Below are positions 23,991-38,420 of a stretch of 64,000 bases of DNA, one piece after another. The notes beneath the pieces are model-generated. The model did not search any database. It was not told where the DNA came from and saw nothing but the letters and a program-made list of their open reading frames with translations. The stretch covers positions 170,624,001-170,688,000 of the forward strand of contig NC_042998.1 of NCBI RefSeq assembly GCF_006345805.1. Direction: 5' to 3'. The position numbers and the translations under genes are program-made. How positions within the stretch are numbered: the stretch's first letter is position 1; each line of letters begins with the position of its first letter. The DNA comes from Octopus sinensis (lineage: Eukaryota).

Positions 23991-25175
23991 TCAAAATAGA
24001 ACCCACAGCAAGATTAAAAACTGCATATTTATTAAAATGTACACCTTAATTTTGAAATACTGTCTAGTGCACAATTAATTAATTAATCCACATTGTCAAA
24101 ATATACACTGCCAATTTAGCTGGTTGGCCTAATTTGAATAAATCAAAATCCTTTGCAAGTTGTACAGAGAATGCCCCATGAATTAAATATGAAGAAACTA
24201 TTATGGCAAACTAAAGGTCTTTAGTTTCATGTACTTCAACTCATTTAAAATTCTTTTATTTTATATTTTCTTAGGTATTTACATATCTGAATTTGTAACT
24301 AACTTGATAGATACATTTAGGCTAGAATTCTACAAATAGGTAAATTGTATTCTTTTAAAGTAATTAACACTATTTCTTCATTTCAAATTAAGAGATATCT
24401 CAATTTTTTGTCCAACATCACAACAAAGAAAAATTTTTACTGTAAAAAGGATTAGTCAGCTCTGTCTCTCGACTACACTAAATATTAAACGATGCAAGTT
24501 TCAGTTTCTCTTTTATGAAACCAGAACTTCTTCCTTCAAATTAATGGTTTCTAAACGTAACGAGTATTATGTTCTGATTTGCGGAGTGAAAAATCTGTAT
24601 AAGTGTATTTCTTCCAGGTGGCTCTCCATCCCAGCCTATGTTTTGGCAGCATGTTCTCATCTCCATGAGGACATGAGGAGCTAGAGAAAATATTTTACGA
24701 CAATTACGTAATATTTATGATGCGTGCGCACATGCAACTTTTTTTCTTCGCAAGGGAGATAACTCTTAACTAAGCTCTTACTGATGTGAAGTTACTCCAA
24801 CATAGGATGCTATAGATCTGATTTTAAAGGTTTGTGAAAAATAATAATAGCTATTATGATTTTTCTGTGCATATATATATTTATTTAATGTCGTGTTGTG
24901 GGGCATATACTTCATTAGGAAGTACCATTTTGATATTCCGTATAAAAATATATCGTGTATGCGTAATCATCATTCACTGTTTATTTACTTGAATTACAAT
25001 TTAAACAAGTTTACAACTCAACATGACTTACTCATACTTTGTGTATACTTGGCAGTGTATTGGTTTAACAGAATACAAATATATTTCTGTGGGTAGTTAT
25101 TTGTGCTTAAAAAAGAATGTTTTCGCTGCCCAGTGCAGTTGAACATTGTGTAAGATGGAAACTTGCTATTTCTAT

Positions 25176-25207
25176 AAAATGGCGTCACTTCCCAATAGAT
25201 GTCAGCA
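25176..25207. promoter_or_regulatory. Cluster of YY1-like, ETS-like and CTCF-like motifs
   Basis: AAAATGGCG, CACTTCC and CAATAGATGTCAGCA within 32 bp in a CpG-retaining, TE-poor segment. Motif match only. Confidence 0.3.
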
Positions 25208-26309
25208 TTCATTGTGGCAATACTAACTGACCTAAATAAATTTCATAAGCACCGAACAAAAATATAAATTTAGTGCATAATTCTAAACAACATCAATTCC
25301 GTTATACTTGCGTAGATATACCTCAATGATCGACTTTATAAAGTTCATATTTCGATATAAACAAAAGAAAGCTCCTTGGAAACCGTGAGGGCACACATAT
25401 AGATAAATACACATTCACACGCAGATGAAAATATGACAAATTGTAGGTGTTGTTATTTAATATTTTGTGATTTGTTTGAATGAAGCAATTTTGAAATTTA
25501 CAATGTTTTTATTTTGTTTTTATTTTTATTTTTTTTATTTTATTTTTTCAAGATTGTAGCACTAAATTTAATGAAGAATGTTGCACAGTATCCATACGGT
25601 GGTGTACAGCTAAGTTTTCCAAAAAAATTCCTACTGAATTTAGCCTCATGTTGGACAATGAGACTAATGGAATGACTAAGAAGAAACATAGCCTTCTTCA
25701 GAAGTACCGAGTTAAACCACACGATCTATTAATCACCTATTCATACCATTGAAGATATAGACATATATATATATATGTGTATGTATGTATATATGTATGT
25801 ATATATGATCATTGAAGCCTAAACCGAATTTTAAAGGGAAGTTATCAAATTTTAAAGGGAAGGAAGTTGATTTTATAAGTCGTTCTAAATTTTAAAGAAA
25901 TATTTGTAAAAACGTTATTAGCATGATGATGATAATCTCTATCGAATTATCGATAAATAGGTTTTTGCCTTAAAACACGAATAAAAATTATTACAAGAAT
26001 AAATTACTTGTTTTTACTCTTTTACTGGTTTTATTCATTGGACTGCGGCCAGCTGTGGCACTGCCTTCAACAGTTTTGTTAAATTTACTAACCATTAACG
26101 TAGCTGGAAGGGGTGGTCCGCCCCAGGGCACTTTTATGGAGGCGGCACCACTTTTGGGTCTGTTGTAGGCAATATGAATTTTTTGTGGGGGCCGTGGGCG
26201 GCACACTAACCACGCTAGTGATACCGATCCTGGAGAAATTATTTCAAATGTCCGTTTGTTTCTATCAGTTTCGGATTTTCGTGTCATGCTTTTTTCCCCG
26301 TTAACGATA

Positions 26310-26386
26310 GGGGTTTTCCGGCGTCAGAATTTTCCCTACGTAAAAGAAGTGAAAATAGTTTTAGTTTCTGTTTGATACTATATAAA
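26310..26386 (+). promoter_or_regulatory. Candidate core promoter of IAP copy 2 with NF-kB, IRF-E/ISRE-like and TATA motifs
   Basis: GGGGTTTTCC at 26310-26319 fits GGGRNWYYCC; imperfect kB AGAATTTTCCC at 26326-26336; AAGTGAAA at 26347-26354; AGTTTTAGTTTCTGTTT; TATATAAA at 26379-26386; local CpG enrichment. Confidence 0.5.
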
Positions 26387-26409
26387 TTTGGATCCACTAT
26401 ATATTTTAC

Positions 26410-26687
26410 GCACTTTTCGTATCTGACGTGAGCAAAACATATATTGAATATTAATAGAAGAGAAAACGATTAACAGTGAATACACGAGACGCAATTACTT
26501 ACTACAGAATTAAGGCTTTCATCTCATTTGACTGTTGGTTGTGGCGAAGATTCAAAGCTTACTGAAGACCGCAACTGACAGGTGGATGCTTATTAAGGTA
26601 TATCAAAAGATTTCATCAGAAGACATTGTCATTGCAAACATTTTAATCCAAGTCATTGCTCTCACATATTATGGGCATATCGTCACG
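26410..26687 (+). other. Candidate first (5' UTR) exon of IAP copy 2
   Basis: Starts about 25-30 nt after the TATA box and ends at a consensus donor ACG|GTGAGT. The first coding exon has an acceptor just before its ATG, so an upstream exon is required. Confidence 0.45.
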
Positions 26688-27713
26688 GTGAGTATTAAAG
26701 TAATTTCATGGGTATCTGGAAATGAAGTTATAGTTACGGTACATAAAGGGATTAGCATACATACACAATGAGTTTCCATCTGCCAAATTCTGTTAGGAAG
26801 GCGTTGATCAACTTAAGGCTACAATAGGAAGGCACTTAACCAAGGTGCTGCACAGTGGGATCAAATCCAGAACTACGTGGTTGCAAAGAACTTCTTAACT
26901 ACACACCTATGCCTGTTACTGTTCAGGTTTTTTGTTTTTGTGATAAAAACGTCCCAACTTTTTGCCTTAAGACTTTCACTTTCGTTTTGATTCAAGGTTT
27001 TAGTTAGTTTTTTTACCCAGTATATCTACACGTTATTATTTATAGTTTTATCTGCTTTAAGATCCACCATTTCAAAAAGGAATTATTTCACAATCTGAAA
27101 TAACTAAATGTATGCGTATCTGATTTAGTGGGAGAGAAAACCATTTCCATAATTCTTTTAGTCCCTCTAAAATGAGATTAAGAGTAATTGATTGTTATGA
27201 ATATGGTTAATATTCGTTTTGAATTCTTTAAAGTGGTTTTTGTTGCTTGGTGCCCCACAGATGAGCCCTGATCATTCATTCCTGTGATCAAAGGATTCCA
27301 TCTGTGACCATTCCTTTTTTTTTTCTTTCAGACAGTGCATCTAGAACTACTTTATGAAATGTATTATAAGATTGAAAGTGTGACTCGAGGTAGATTTGGC
27401 TGCTATTTCTGTTTGTAAAGTAGGAGCTTTCTCATTGGTAATGTGGGAGGGGGAAAACATTTTTGTTAATTAAAATCATGTGAAGAATTTAGTCTTTAAA
27501 CATAAACCAACATTCTGAAGTGTTAAGATATTTGATTTATGAAGAATATATTTTCTTTTTCATATATGTTTAAAGAAATTCAGTTATACCAAATTGTTGA
27601 TATATCATTACAAATCACTGTTATACTTCTAATCCAGTGATTAATTTCTTAAAAACCAAAAGAAAACAAATTTGGAAAGTAATGTTGTTTGAAAGATATT
27701 TTAAAGAGTTTTT

Positions 27714-27744
<31 letters not shown>

Positions 27745-29299
27745 CTTAACTGGTTGTTTCCAGGAATGGTAGTAGTTCATTAATTAGAATTATCTGACGA
27801 TTAAATGCCACAAAAAAACGATGTTAAAAATAGTAAGACTGTTTCAAAAATCTTTTTACCTAGTGAAAGTGTATATAATATATTCATAATTTGTTAATGA
27901 TGATTATGACAGATGCTTTTTCCATCACTTACCAAGGTAAAAATAAAACCATTAATATAAATCCAAACAGAGCTAAAGGTTGTTTTTCCAGTTATGAAGC
28001 AAAATTAAATGTGCCTGTTATAACAGCTAAAAAAGTTATATGAAATAATCTAAATGAGTAGTTGTCTGGTTGCTTATAACAGTTACTATTATTCAGTGAC
28101 TTGTACATCTATTTTAAAAGTGTTGATTTAACTGATAACATTAAGTTGAAGTTAGCTATTGATGGTGCAGTAATATTGATTTGCTACACAATGGGTTTAA
28201 AGCCATAGTTTTAATAAAAGCTTGTCTATGTCTTTTAAACCGAGACCTAACTGAAGGTACTACAAGCAAAAGTCAAGAGTTTGTAATTGTTGTTTAATTC
28301 GCAAACTAATCGTGGCTGGGCAAAGGCCAATTTATGATCAGAAGCAGTCCAGCCTTAGCAACCCTATTCTTTTCTTAGGCATTGCATATCAAAAACTACA
28401 TCTAACTGTATGCCTCCTTTTTTAAGATGAAAGGATGATATTTAATGGAGATTTTACTGTTTTTTGCCATTCAAGCTACTCTTTTGAAGTTCTCTATAAT
28501 ACTACTATAGGCAACAATATGAATTTTAAAACTCCATAGTCTTTTCCAAGCATGTCTTTAAATACAATCATTTTTAAAAATTAATGAGTGATAACATGAT
28601 GAATAAGTTTAGTTCAGCATACAATTTATATTCCATTGATTTGATTTTTGGTGAAGAGCCATCTGTTACATGCAGTAAAAGCTAAAGCTGAAACCAATTT
28701 GATATATTGTTGTTGGGTCCCTATAGTCAATTCTGCTTGAGAAGACATTGTATACTGGTCGATGATTGAATGTTTGGAATTATTAATCTGTAGGACCTAA
28801 ATCCTTGTCATGCAGGTACAAAATCTGTTTAACCATGGAAATTTGGTTATAATTGTGGGCATGTTGATACTGTCCCATTAACTCCTTGGAAGTGTAAATA
28901 AAAATTACCAGTTTTCATAATGCTAATATCCTTGAAAAAGGAATAAACATCTTAATTTCTTATTTCCTTTTCCTTAAAACTCTGAAACTTCTTTTTATAT
29001 AAGAAACCAATACTAGAAGTCAACATTCATATGTTTCTAAGAAAGACTTTTTATCCAAATAGTTGATACTACAGTTCAAAATATTCAGCTAATTCATTTT
29101 AAGAAAACAGTCTGTTGATACAGTTAACATAAGAGCCCTCACTATAATGCATGGAAAATTTCACTCATCTCTATAAAAAGTGGTTTTTAAAACTATTGCA
29201 GTTCACTCAATACTATCATCCATACTTCATGCATTACACAGGATATAAGCTTCATCCTCCCAAATTACAGCTTGACTTATTGGTTACTGTCCAAAAGGA

Positions 29300-30700
29300 T
29301 CTCTACTTTGTAGAATCCTGCTCACCACACTCAGCTATGATGGCTCCTGAAGGAGTATTCCTGTAGCAGAAACTTCCATGTTTGCTGTCTGATTTACATG
29401 CAAATCCATACTGCACACAAAACTCCTTTTCTTCTCCACCAGTTTCATCATTGCATATTCACTTCCAACAAATGTCAGGACAGCTCTAGCCACCTAAAAC
29501 CAACAAGGTCACTGACTTTGACAATGTCCCTTCCATTTCCCTTGAAAGCAGTACAGCCTAAGCCAGCTCTATCTTTGACAAACTCTTACATCTCTCTCTC
29601 TCTCTCAATATTTGGGAACATGCTAATTGTCACAGGTGACTTCTTTCTCACCTCTGACATTTCAAAAGTAATCAAAACGGTCATTAACACCTTGAGTTTC
29701 TCTACCTCCTCAATCAGTTCAGTTTCAGTGGAACCAGGTTTGCTATGGTCCTACATACTATTCACTTTATTAAAGCATTTAGCCATGTCTGATATGTAAA
29801 ACATCTGACTAAACTGTTCATCCTTGGGCTCCATCTGACTTCTGTTTCTTGGGTCAAAAGCTTCCTGTTCAGTTATGCAGTCTTGCCCATATTCCATCAT
29901 CTCTGGTGTTCCTCAAGGCTTAGCTATGTCTCCCCACATTCTTCCTCTTCTACATTAATGACATGCTTGCTTCACAGTAGTCACTCCAAGACTGATGGCA
30001 CTATACAGAGTATCATCCACATACAACCTAAACACCCCACGTCACATCTGCACTGTTTCCATGAACAGAAACTTGAAAACGTTTTCCAAAGACAACAATC
30101 TTGTTTCCTCCAACAACAAAGACAACAAATTCACATATCAAAACTCTTCCATAGCACTTTAGCTTGTCATAGACAACAAACAGCTAAAGTCCTCAAAATT
30201 ACTATAAATGTTAGACCTCACAATCACAGATATCTTTTTTTCATATCCATAGCATAACAAAGGCAGTATCTTAATGACTAGCCTTCCCTGTCAGAACTAG
30301 AAAATATTTGGACTTCAATAAACTGCTGACTTTTTACAAAGCTCAAATGAAGCCAACCATGTAATGCTGCTTCCACACATCAAGGACAACAATACTGCTG
30401 CACACCTTCATCCAAAAGGTCATTTAGCTAGTTAACATGGACACTGCAATTTCTGTCTCTTCTCTCAACAACTACCATACACAATGTCCTTTGTTTCTTA
30501 AAACTATCTATCTGCATACAACTTTTTCCAAACCAATTTGACACCTGTTTCTCCTCCCACAAATTGACCCCCATTTCCATTCCATTTCAGAACATCAAGC
30601 TTCTGGAATCTTCTTTCTGCCTATGTTTTTCTTGTAATCATTGACTTAGAGATGTTCAAGCTACAGCATCTGCCAATCTCTAAATATTTACAAAGATCAT
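29300..30700 (+). mobile_element. Highly degenerate Jockey/CR1-group LINE
   Basis: SGVPQG and SPTFFLFYINDM remnants at ~29900-29965. Confidence 0.6.
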
Positions 30701-31280
30701 GATTTCTGTCTCTTTCTCATGACTAAAACTATATAAAAATTCACTAGTACAGACATAGCCTTGTAGTTAAGAAGTTTGCTTCGCAACCACTACATAGCAC
30801 CTTGGGAAATTGTCTTCTGCCATAACTTCAGATTGACCACTGTCTTGTTAGTAAAATTTGGCAAAAACTGTGCAAAAGTCCATTATGTAACCATGTATAT
30901 CTGCAAAAAATGTAAGCTTAGTAAGCAAACTGATAAATGCTTTCAAATAAACTCCTTTATCTACCCAAGACAATCCCTTGACATTCTTGCCATTGTAAGT
31001 GCAGTGAAAACTGGCCTGTTGTAACCAATGATGTTATTCACAAAATATGAAGTCCAAGCAGTTCATCTGAATGGAATTCTTCTCCAAGCAAGCAGATATT
31101 AATCTTCTAAATGATTTATTTTCAATGAAGAGCCAGAGTTTTAAAACGTTCTCTTGATTACAAGAAGTAAACATGACTTGATTTTAAAATTGTACATTGT
31201 AAACTTATTTCAGTATGTGTGTGGATGGATATGCCGCAAATGAACTATGCATATATTTTTGTTTGTGAGTTTCTGCTAAT

Positions 31281-31285
<5 letters not shown>

Positions 31286-31321
<36 letters not shown>

Positions 31322-31563
31322 TCATCATCATCATCATCATCATCGTTTAGCGTCCGCTTTCCATGGGTTGGACGGTTCAACTGGGGTCTGGGAAGTCAGA
31401 AGGCTGCACCAGACCCAGTCTGATTTGGCAATGTTTCTACGGCTGAATGCCCTTCCTAACGCCAACCACTCTGATTGTAGTGGGTGCTTTTTACGTGCCA
31501 CCAGCACAGGTGCCAGCCGAGGCTGGCAGAGGCTGGCAAACGGCCACGATCATATATGTATAT

Positions 31564-31619
<56 letters not shown>

Positions 31620-31631
31620 GCACCTTTACAT

Positions 31632-31668
<37 letters not shown>

Positions 31669-31735
31669 CACCTTTACATACACACACACACATATATATA
31701 TACAGACACACATATATATACATACATACATATAT
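31286..31735. repeat. (TA)n/(CA)n/(CAT)n microsatellites surrounding an RTE 3' fragment (31320-31552, -)
   Basis: Direct reading. Confidence 0.85.
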
Positions 31736-33526
31736 TATCAATAAATCTATAGATATATTCTACGGTACAGTATATTGCATTGCAATAAAATATATATATT
31801 TGTTTGTGCATATAGTGTCAGCTACAATCTATAGATCTATTCAGTATTACATTATTATGTGTCTAATACAAAACACGAAAGTGTCACCTGTTATTTGATA
31901 AAGGAGAAATTCCTGCTCGTAAGAGATGAACTCCATGCACCAATGAAGTCAATGGAAATCAAAAGACACACATCAGTGACTCCAATCGGTGAGAGCATAA
32001 ACATAAAGCAGAGCAAAAACTCCATGACAAAAAAGTCAGTGATTTGATTAAGAAAGTCTCTTCGGCAAATCTGTTGTTTCCAGGTTGGTTGTATTGCGTG
32101 GGACCTTGTGGAAAATGCCTTTTGTTATTGACTTGGAACGACCTAGTTTTGTAGACAGAAAGAAACTACCGGAGCCTGTGTAAGCCAGTGGGAGCCTATA
32201 CACACACACACATACATACATACATCTGAGAGAGAGAGCTTTATTTAAACACCTACTTTTCCATACTTGCATGTTTAGACAGAAATCACATTGCTTCTTT
32301 CACTTTCCACCTGCCAAATCTTTTGATAAAGCTTTGGTCTGCCCAGAGCTGTAGTAGAAGGCACATTCACTGGATTCCATGCAGTAAGTCTGAATCTGAA
32401 ACCTAGTGGCTGGGAAGCAAACTTTTTAACCACCCAGCCTATACATACTTGTGTGTGTTTACATATTTCATGCTCAACACTGTTTGAACAAAGCAGTAAT
32501 GATGTTGACTTCATGACTAGTTAGTACATACTTTCATGGCCTTGTGGTATAAAAGTAATCTCTTGAAAAACAAGTGAAGGTTGACAATAAGAAGAGCATT
32601 CAGTCATAAAATTCTGTCTCAAACCTTCATCCAAACCCATAATTGCATGGAAGAATGGATGTTATATGAATGAATAAAAGAATATATATGTTTACATCTG
32701 CTTTTTATGCTGGCATATACTTACTTCATTTCTTTCACGTCTCTCCAGGTTCTCTGCTTTCAAGGTCCATGTCTCACCCCCATACATCATTGTACTTTGA
32801 ATGCATGCATCTCACAGTCTACCTTTCACCCTTACAAGCTCTTCATTGCCAGCAGAAGAACTCCTTGAATATTTTCCAATCCTTTCTTACTGTAGATACT
32901 ATACTTCCAAACACACCCATCTACTTCTAATTAGGTCACTCAAGGAGCAGAAACTAATCAATTACTTATAATGAGCCTTCGTAGAATTTGATAGCATCAA
33001 CTTCTCATGGGTTTCTGGAGTTTACTACCTTCATCTATAGAATAAAAAGTTTATTAGAGTTGTAAACTACATACACAAGTAAACCTAAATACTGTTATAT
33101 ATCTATATATACACATCATTATAGATGCATTCAATTGTATTTTTATAGAGTTGTATTTATATGTATGATTAAACGTTCATTTTTCCATGCTTGCATCAGT
33201 CAGATGCAATTTATTGAGGTGGATTTTCTATGATTGTAAACCCTTCCTGTAACTAAACTTCACCTGTTTCCAAGCAAAGCAATACTTCCCCATAAACAGA
33301 CCTGCCTTAGAAGATAGGAAATGGAGAACACCGCTTGAATGATGGTAAAACTCACTTATAACAAACATGTGATATCAAAAAAAAAGTACATGGTAACATA
33401 CATATGCATGTACATGGCCCACTGAAAGTGATTTTTGTTAATGTACCTGAAACTCAAGAACTTTAGTCAGCTATTGAGAGGATATATACTGGTGGCCTTG
33501 TTTTCTATGTCCTATGTATTTAATTC

Positions 33527-33529
<3 letters not shown>

Positions 33530-33609
<80 letters not shown>
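33530..33609. repeat. (CT)n microsatellite
   Basis: Uninterrupted CT dinucleotide run. Confidence 0.95.
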
Positions 33610-33610
<1 letters not shown>

Positions 33611-35695
33611 ATATTTGGGGTTGGTCTTTTTTTGCCAGACCATTCCCAAATATAACTGATTGCTTATAAAAATATCATTATTTGCAGAATTGTAAAACTC
33701 AGCTCCACTTATCAAATCATTGCAGAAAATGCAGGTTTGCTTATAAAAACAATACTTAAGAAATTATAGTTCTTAAATCTGATGGGAAGAGGTAAGTGTA
33801 ATGGTAGCACAATTGTCATAACCCACTTTTTTTTAACAATATTAGACTATTTTCTTTAGTCAATACATGGTAATTGCTTATAAGCTTTAAGCTTATAAAA
33901 ACATTATTATAAAAATATCTGTTTTAACACAATTTCACATCAGGAGTCTTAGGAATCAAATACATAAACATATAGGTACAAGCAGTACTCTAATGAAGTT
34001 GGCTTCACAGCCCAGGGTTCCTTGTGTAGTCCTGTAGTATGGCAACCTCAGCAAGTATCTTGTACTATAGGCACAAGTCAACCAATGCCTTGTGAATGGA
34101 AATGGTAGGCTGAAACTAAGAAGAATCTTGTATGTGAATATCTTTACATGTGCCTCATTAACACTGCATGAATTAAAGAACTGTCTCTGTTTACATTCTC
34201 CAGTAAAAATATGTAGTTTTAACTTTCAAGGAATGAGAACCAGTGGAATGAAAAAATTACTTAGCTTGAAAAACAGTCATGGGCTGGTGCTAGGAAGAGC
34301 ATCCAACTGTAGAAAATTTTCATCAAGTTCTAACTCACAAGAAAATGAACATAAAACCAAATATGTATGTGATTTTCAGCTAGTAATATGGCACTTGAAC
34401 GGTTAAATTACATATTGCACTGTGGAGTGTGCCCTTCATCTTCTGTCAACTGGAGTTTATGATTTTCAGTATCTTCCATTGGTATTCTTTCCACAATGAC
34501 AAGCAGCTTTGATGTGACCAAGTTATGTCTAGGCTATTGAGCCCACACTGTAGCACACTTTCTCCCTCATCATCCATGCAGCCTATATCCACTCCAGTCA
34601 TTCAGCAACAGTTTGGTTTTGTTATTCAGAATTTGTATATTTTAAAAACACATTTCAACCAAAGGACTTACTAAGTTTGATAAGTCCTATTTATTTAAAT
34701 GTACACACTACAGCTGTTCAACTGAAAGTCTTGTCACATTTGACACGACCGTTGGTTGAAATGGTTATTAGGTCTTTTAAATAAATCTATGAAAGTTCTA
34801 CCTTTGCTTTATGCATTGTATACCTAAAAGCTGTCTCCCATTAACAAGAATATATATAACATACAATGTTTATAACTTCAAAAATTATTTTTTTTACTAT
34901 CATTTTAAATTTCAGTAGCATCTAATTTAAATTATTTCCTTTCAGAAGTCACACTTTCTTCATTGTTGGTTTATAAATTTTTCCATTCATTTCTTTCTTA
35001 TACCTGAAAAACCCAAATCTTGGAATATTTCAGTCAAGATTTATCTCGTCCAATATATCCAATTCATCATCGTCCTTTAACACACTGTCCATGCTGACAT
35101 AGGTTAGATAGTTCCATGGGATCCAATAAGTTGGAGGACCCTATAGTATTCCAGTGTGGTTTCTATGGCTAGATGCTCTTCCTAATGCCAACCACTTTAC
35201 AGTGTATGGATAGTTTTTTGTGGCACCAGCATTAGTGAAGTTGTCTTCCAACTTGCTTGACTAAAGGGTTTAAAGAGGTCTCTATATCTGTAGGCAAATA
35301 GGAGAGAGGAAGTGGGATGATTTGGGGCATAATGAGAAAGATGAAATGTTATGAGAGGAGCCGATTTATAGTCATGTGAGTAATGACAATAGTGGAGAGA
35401 GAGAAAGTAGTTGCTGTTGGGGGAGGCTGTATGGAAGGGAAAGAATTGATGTCAGTGGTTAGAAGAGCAACACTGGTATGGATAATGAAGTGGATTGTAT
35501 AAAAGGGGTCTAGGGCTGTCCCACATATGGTCAAGTATGTGGGGGAAAGGAACATGGAAAAGACAATCACGGGGTGTTGGGGATCCAGTGAGGCTTGGGG
35601 TTTAGGCCATAGAGGATGTTGAGGTGCTGGAGAAGCTTGGGGTGACAATAGAGAAGAGGCAGGGAAAGAATGATGGGAAGCAAGTGGTGAGACAA

Positions 35696-35918
35696 GGCGG
35701 CAAGCTGGCAGAAACGTTAGCACGCCGGGTAAAATGCTTAGCTGTATTTCGCCTGTCTTTATGTCCTGAGTTCAAATTCCGCCGAGGTTGACTTTGCCTT
35801 TCATCCTTTTGGCATCGATAAATTAAGTACCAATTATGCACTGGGGGTCGATGTAATCGACTTAATCCTTTTGTCTGTCCTTGTTTAGCCCCTTGTGGGC
35901 AATAAAGAAATAAGAAAT
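35696..35918 (+). mobile_element. tRNA-derived SINE, full length
   Basis: GGCGGCAAGCTGGCAGAAACGTTAG head, GAGTTCAAATTCC, TSD AAGTGGTGAGACAA (35682-35695, 35919-35932). Confidence 0.9.
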
Positions 35919-36284
35919 AAGTGGTGAGACAAGGGATATGAATGATAAGGTACTGACTAAAATGAACAGGGAGTTGGCTGGAGGAGGAAAGATGTACACT
36001 GGTAGAGTGATGATGGACTAAGACAGTTGCTTACACATAGGTCTAGTCGAAGATGGGAGAGGTAGAATGATGGGGTGGCATGTGAGGTAGCCATTCATAG
36101 CTGATTGGGAGATAAGAGATGGAGGGTTATGAGTGTCAAGAGGTTGAGATGGTTAAAATGAATGCAGTGAGATGGATCAGGATGCAAAGGGTGGAAACAA
36201 ATACAGGCTTAACAGTATACAACTGTTTACATACACACACACACATATATACATGCTCTCAAATACACTGATATATACATATAT

Positions 36285-38155
36285 CATGGGCATGGGTTTG
36301 ATGGTTTGACTAGGGCTAGTAAACTGAGGGGCTGCACCAGACTCCAGTCTGATTTGGTATGGTTTCTACGGCTGGATGCCCTTCCTAATGCCAACCAGTC
36401 CAAGTGCGTTTACGTTCCACTGGCACAGGTGCTAGTTATGTGACACGAGCATCAGTTACATTGCCTTCATGAAACCCAGTGCTCAGACAGTGCATTTTAC
36501 CTGCCACTGGCACGGGCATCTGTTACGGGACACCAGTTTTGGCCACATTGCCTCCATGAGACACCAACATCAACCACAACTATGATTTCACTTGGCTTGA
36601 TGTGTCTTCTCAAGCATGGCATGTTGCCAAAGGTCTCAGCCACTAGTCACATGACCATACTAGTGCAGTTGCTCTTGCACACCACACCTGATGCCTCTTA
36701 TGCTCAACTTTTCACACAAGACACTAACACTCTGTTGTACATGCACACTGACATTGCACATCCAGCTAAGCATGCTAGTTTCATTTCTTTCAAGCCTACA
36801 CATGTCCTCAGCAGTCACAACCCATGCTTTTCTGCCATGTAGCATAGCTGTTTGCACAGTCATCATACAGTCTGCCTTTTACTCTGGGGGAAATGCTCTT
36901 TGTTACCAACAGGGGTAGGAGCTCTCTAAATAATAGAAGCTAACAACTACCTTTAGCTTACTCCACTGGCAGTCAATGGAGTCTATTTTCTGTATATTTT
37001 CAGTGTTTATTGTACCTGTGCATCTTCCATACACAAAACTATTTTCCCAGTTAATCTTCCTCTGATATTGCTGCACCTCTTATGTTTCCATAGCTTGCAC
37101 TGGGTGCATCTAATGGAGTTTCTACCTACATCTTTCCTACAGATTGAGCAGGACCATCTACCCAAAGGGATTTGTGATTTGTCTGCTTTCCTACTTACTA
37201 AGACTCTGATATTTGCCAGGTTAACTCTAAGGCCCTTCAATTCCAGACCTTGCTTCCACACCTGAAATTTCTTCTGTAGTTCTGGTAGTGATTCAGCTAT
37301 AAGAACAAGGTCATCAGCATAGAGGAGCTCCCAGTGGCAGCCCACCTTAAATTCCTCTGTTATTGCATAGAGGACTATGATGAACAAGAAGGGACTGAGG
37401 ACTGATCCTTAGGACTGATCCCTTCTTGTACCCTGAATTCATTGCTATACTCGTTGCCAACTCTCACCTTACTGACAACATCCCTGTACATGGCTTGTAC
37501 AGCTCTCACTAACCACTCTGCTATCCCTAGTTTCTGCATTGACCTCCGGGCTCAGGGGACCTTGTTAAAGGCTTTCTCCATGTCAACAAAAGCCAAGTAC
37601 AGAGGTTTATCTTTGGCTAGGTATTTGTCCTGCAGCTGCCTTACCAGAAATATAGCATCAGTAGTGGTTCTCTCTGGCACAAAACCAAACTGCATCTCAT
37701 CTAGACTAACTCTCTCACTAATTAGTTGGGCTATGACCTTCTCTGTGACCTGATCTAACAATTTGATACTTTTGTAATTATTTCTGTCTAAGACATCATC
37801 TTTACTTTTGTAGCAGTTAACTATGGTGCTACTACACCAGTCAGTGAGTATGACTCCTTGTACCACCTGATTAACTATGCAAGTGACTAGACTATAACCC
37901 ACACCACTAGATATTTTAAGCATCTCAGCAGTGATTCCTGATGGGCCATGGGGCTTTCCTTATCTTCATATCTTTCATGGCTTTGTCTATTCAGATTGCT
38001 GATCCTTCTGCTGGATCAACATTAGGCTGACTCTCCTTCTCCCATGAGTTCTTTACATTTAGTAGCCTTTCATAGTGGCACTTCCAAGCCGCTTTCTTTG
38101 CAGAGTCTCTAACTGCAAGTAAACCACCATCCATGCAGACACATTTCTGTCTAAT
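36285..38155 (-). mobile_element. 5'-truncated RTE-clade LINE (RT plus 3' UTR), frameshifted
   Basis: QFGFVPERTTTDAIF, AFVDMEKAF, WELLYADDLVLIAES, LERNETSMLSWMC. Confidence 0.92.
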
Positions 38156-38420
38156 ATCACACTATAAAAATATATATATACACACACACACACACAAGAT
38201 TTAAATTGAAGTTACTATTAGTTTCATGTTGTAAAAACATGATGATCTGACAAGCTTGCATAACATGCCATATGTTTTCCAAGCAATCTTTTTTCGGTTT
38301 CAAATATACATTATATTTATCTCTCACTGAATGGAGAACTTTTTTTTCATTGATCTCACCAACAACAGAACAGTACATTATGTATATATACGTACACACA
38401 TACATACACCTCATACATGT

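Noticed and set aside
24751-24764. AAGGGAGATAACTC motif (similar to 18881)
   Set aside because: It is a short motif I recall as common in molluscan repeats, with no locus-specific support.
26535-26771. 78-aa ORF as an independent gene or IAP N-terminal extension
   Set aside because: It has no recognizable domain and is out of frame with ATG 42816 after splicing. Kept only as a uORF hypothesis.
33660-33910. Recurrent (TT)GCTTATAA(AA) motif
   Set aside because: Short, AT-rich and irregularly spaced, with no functional pattern.
35696-35790. tRNA-like A/B boxes as tRNA genes
   Set aside because: They are SINE heads with TSDs and no complete cloverleaf.
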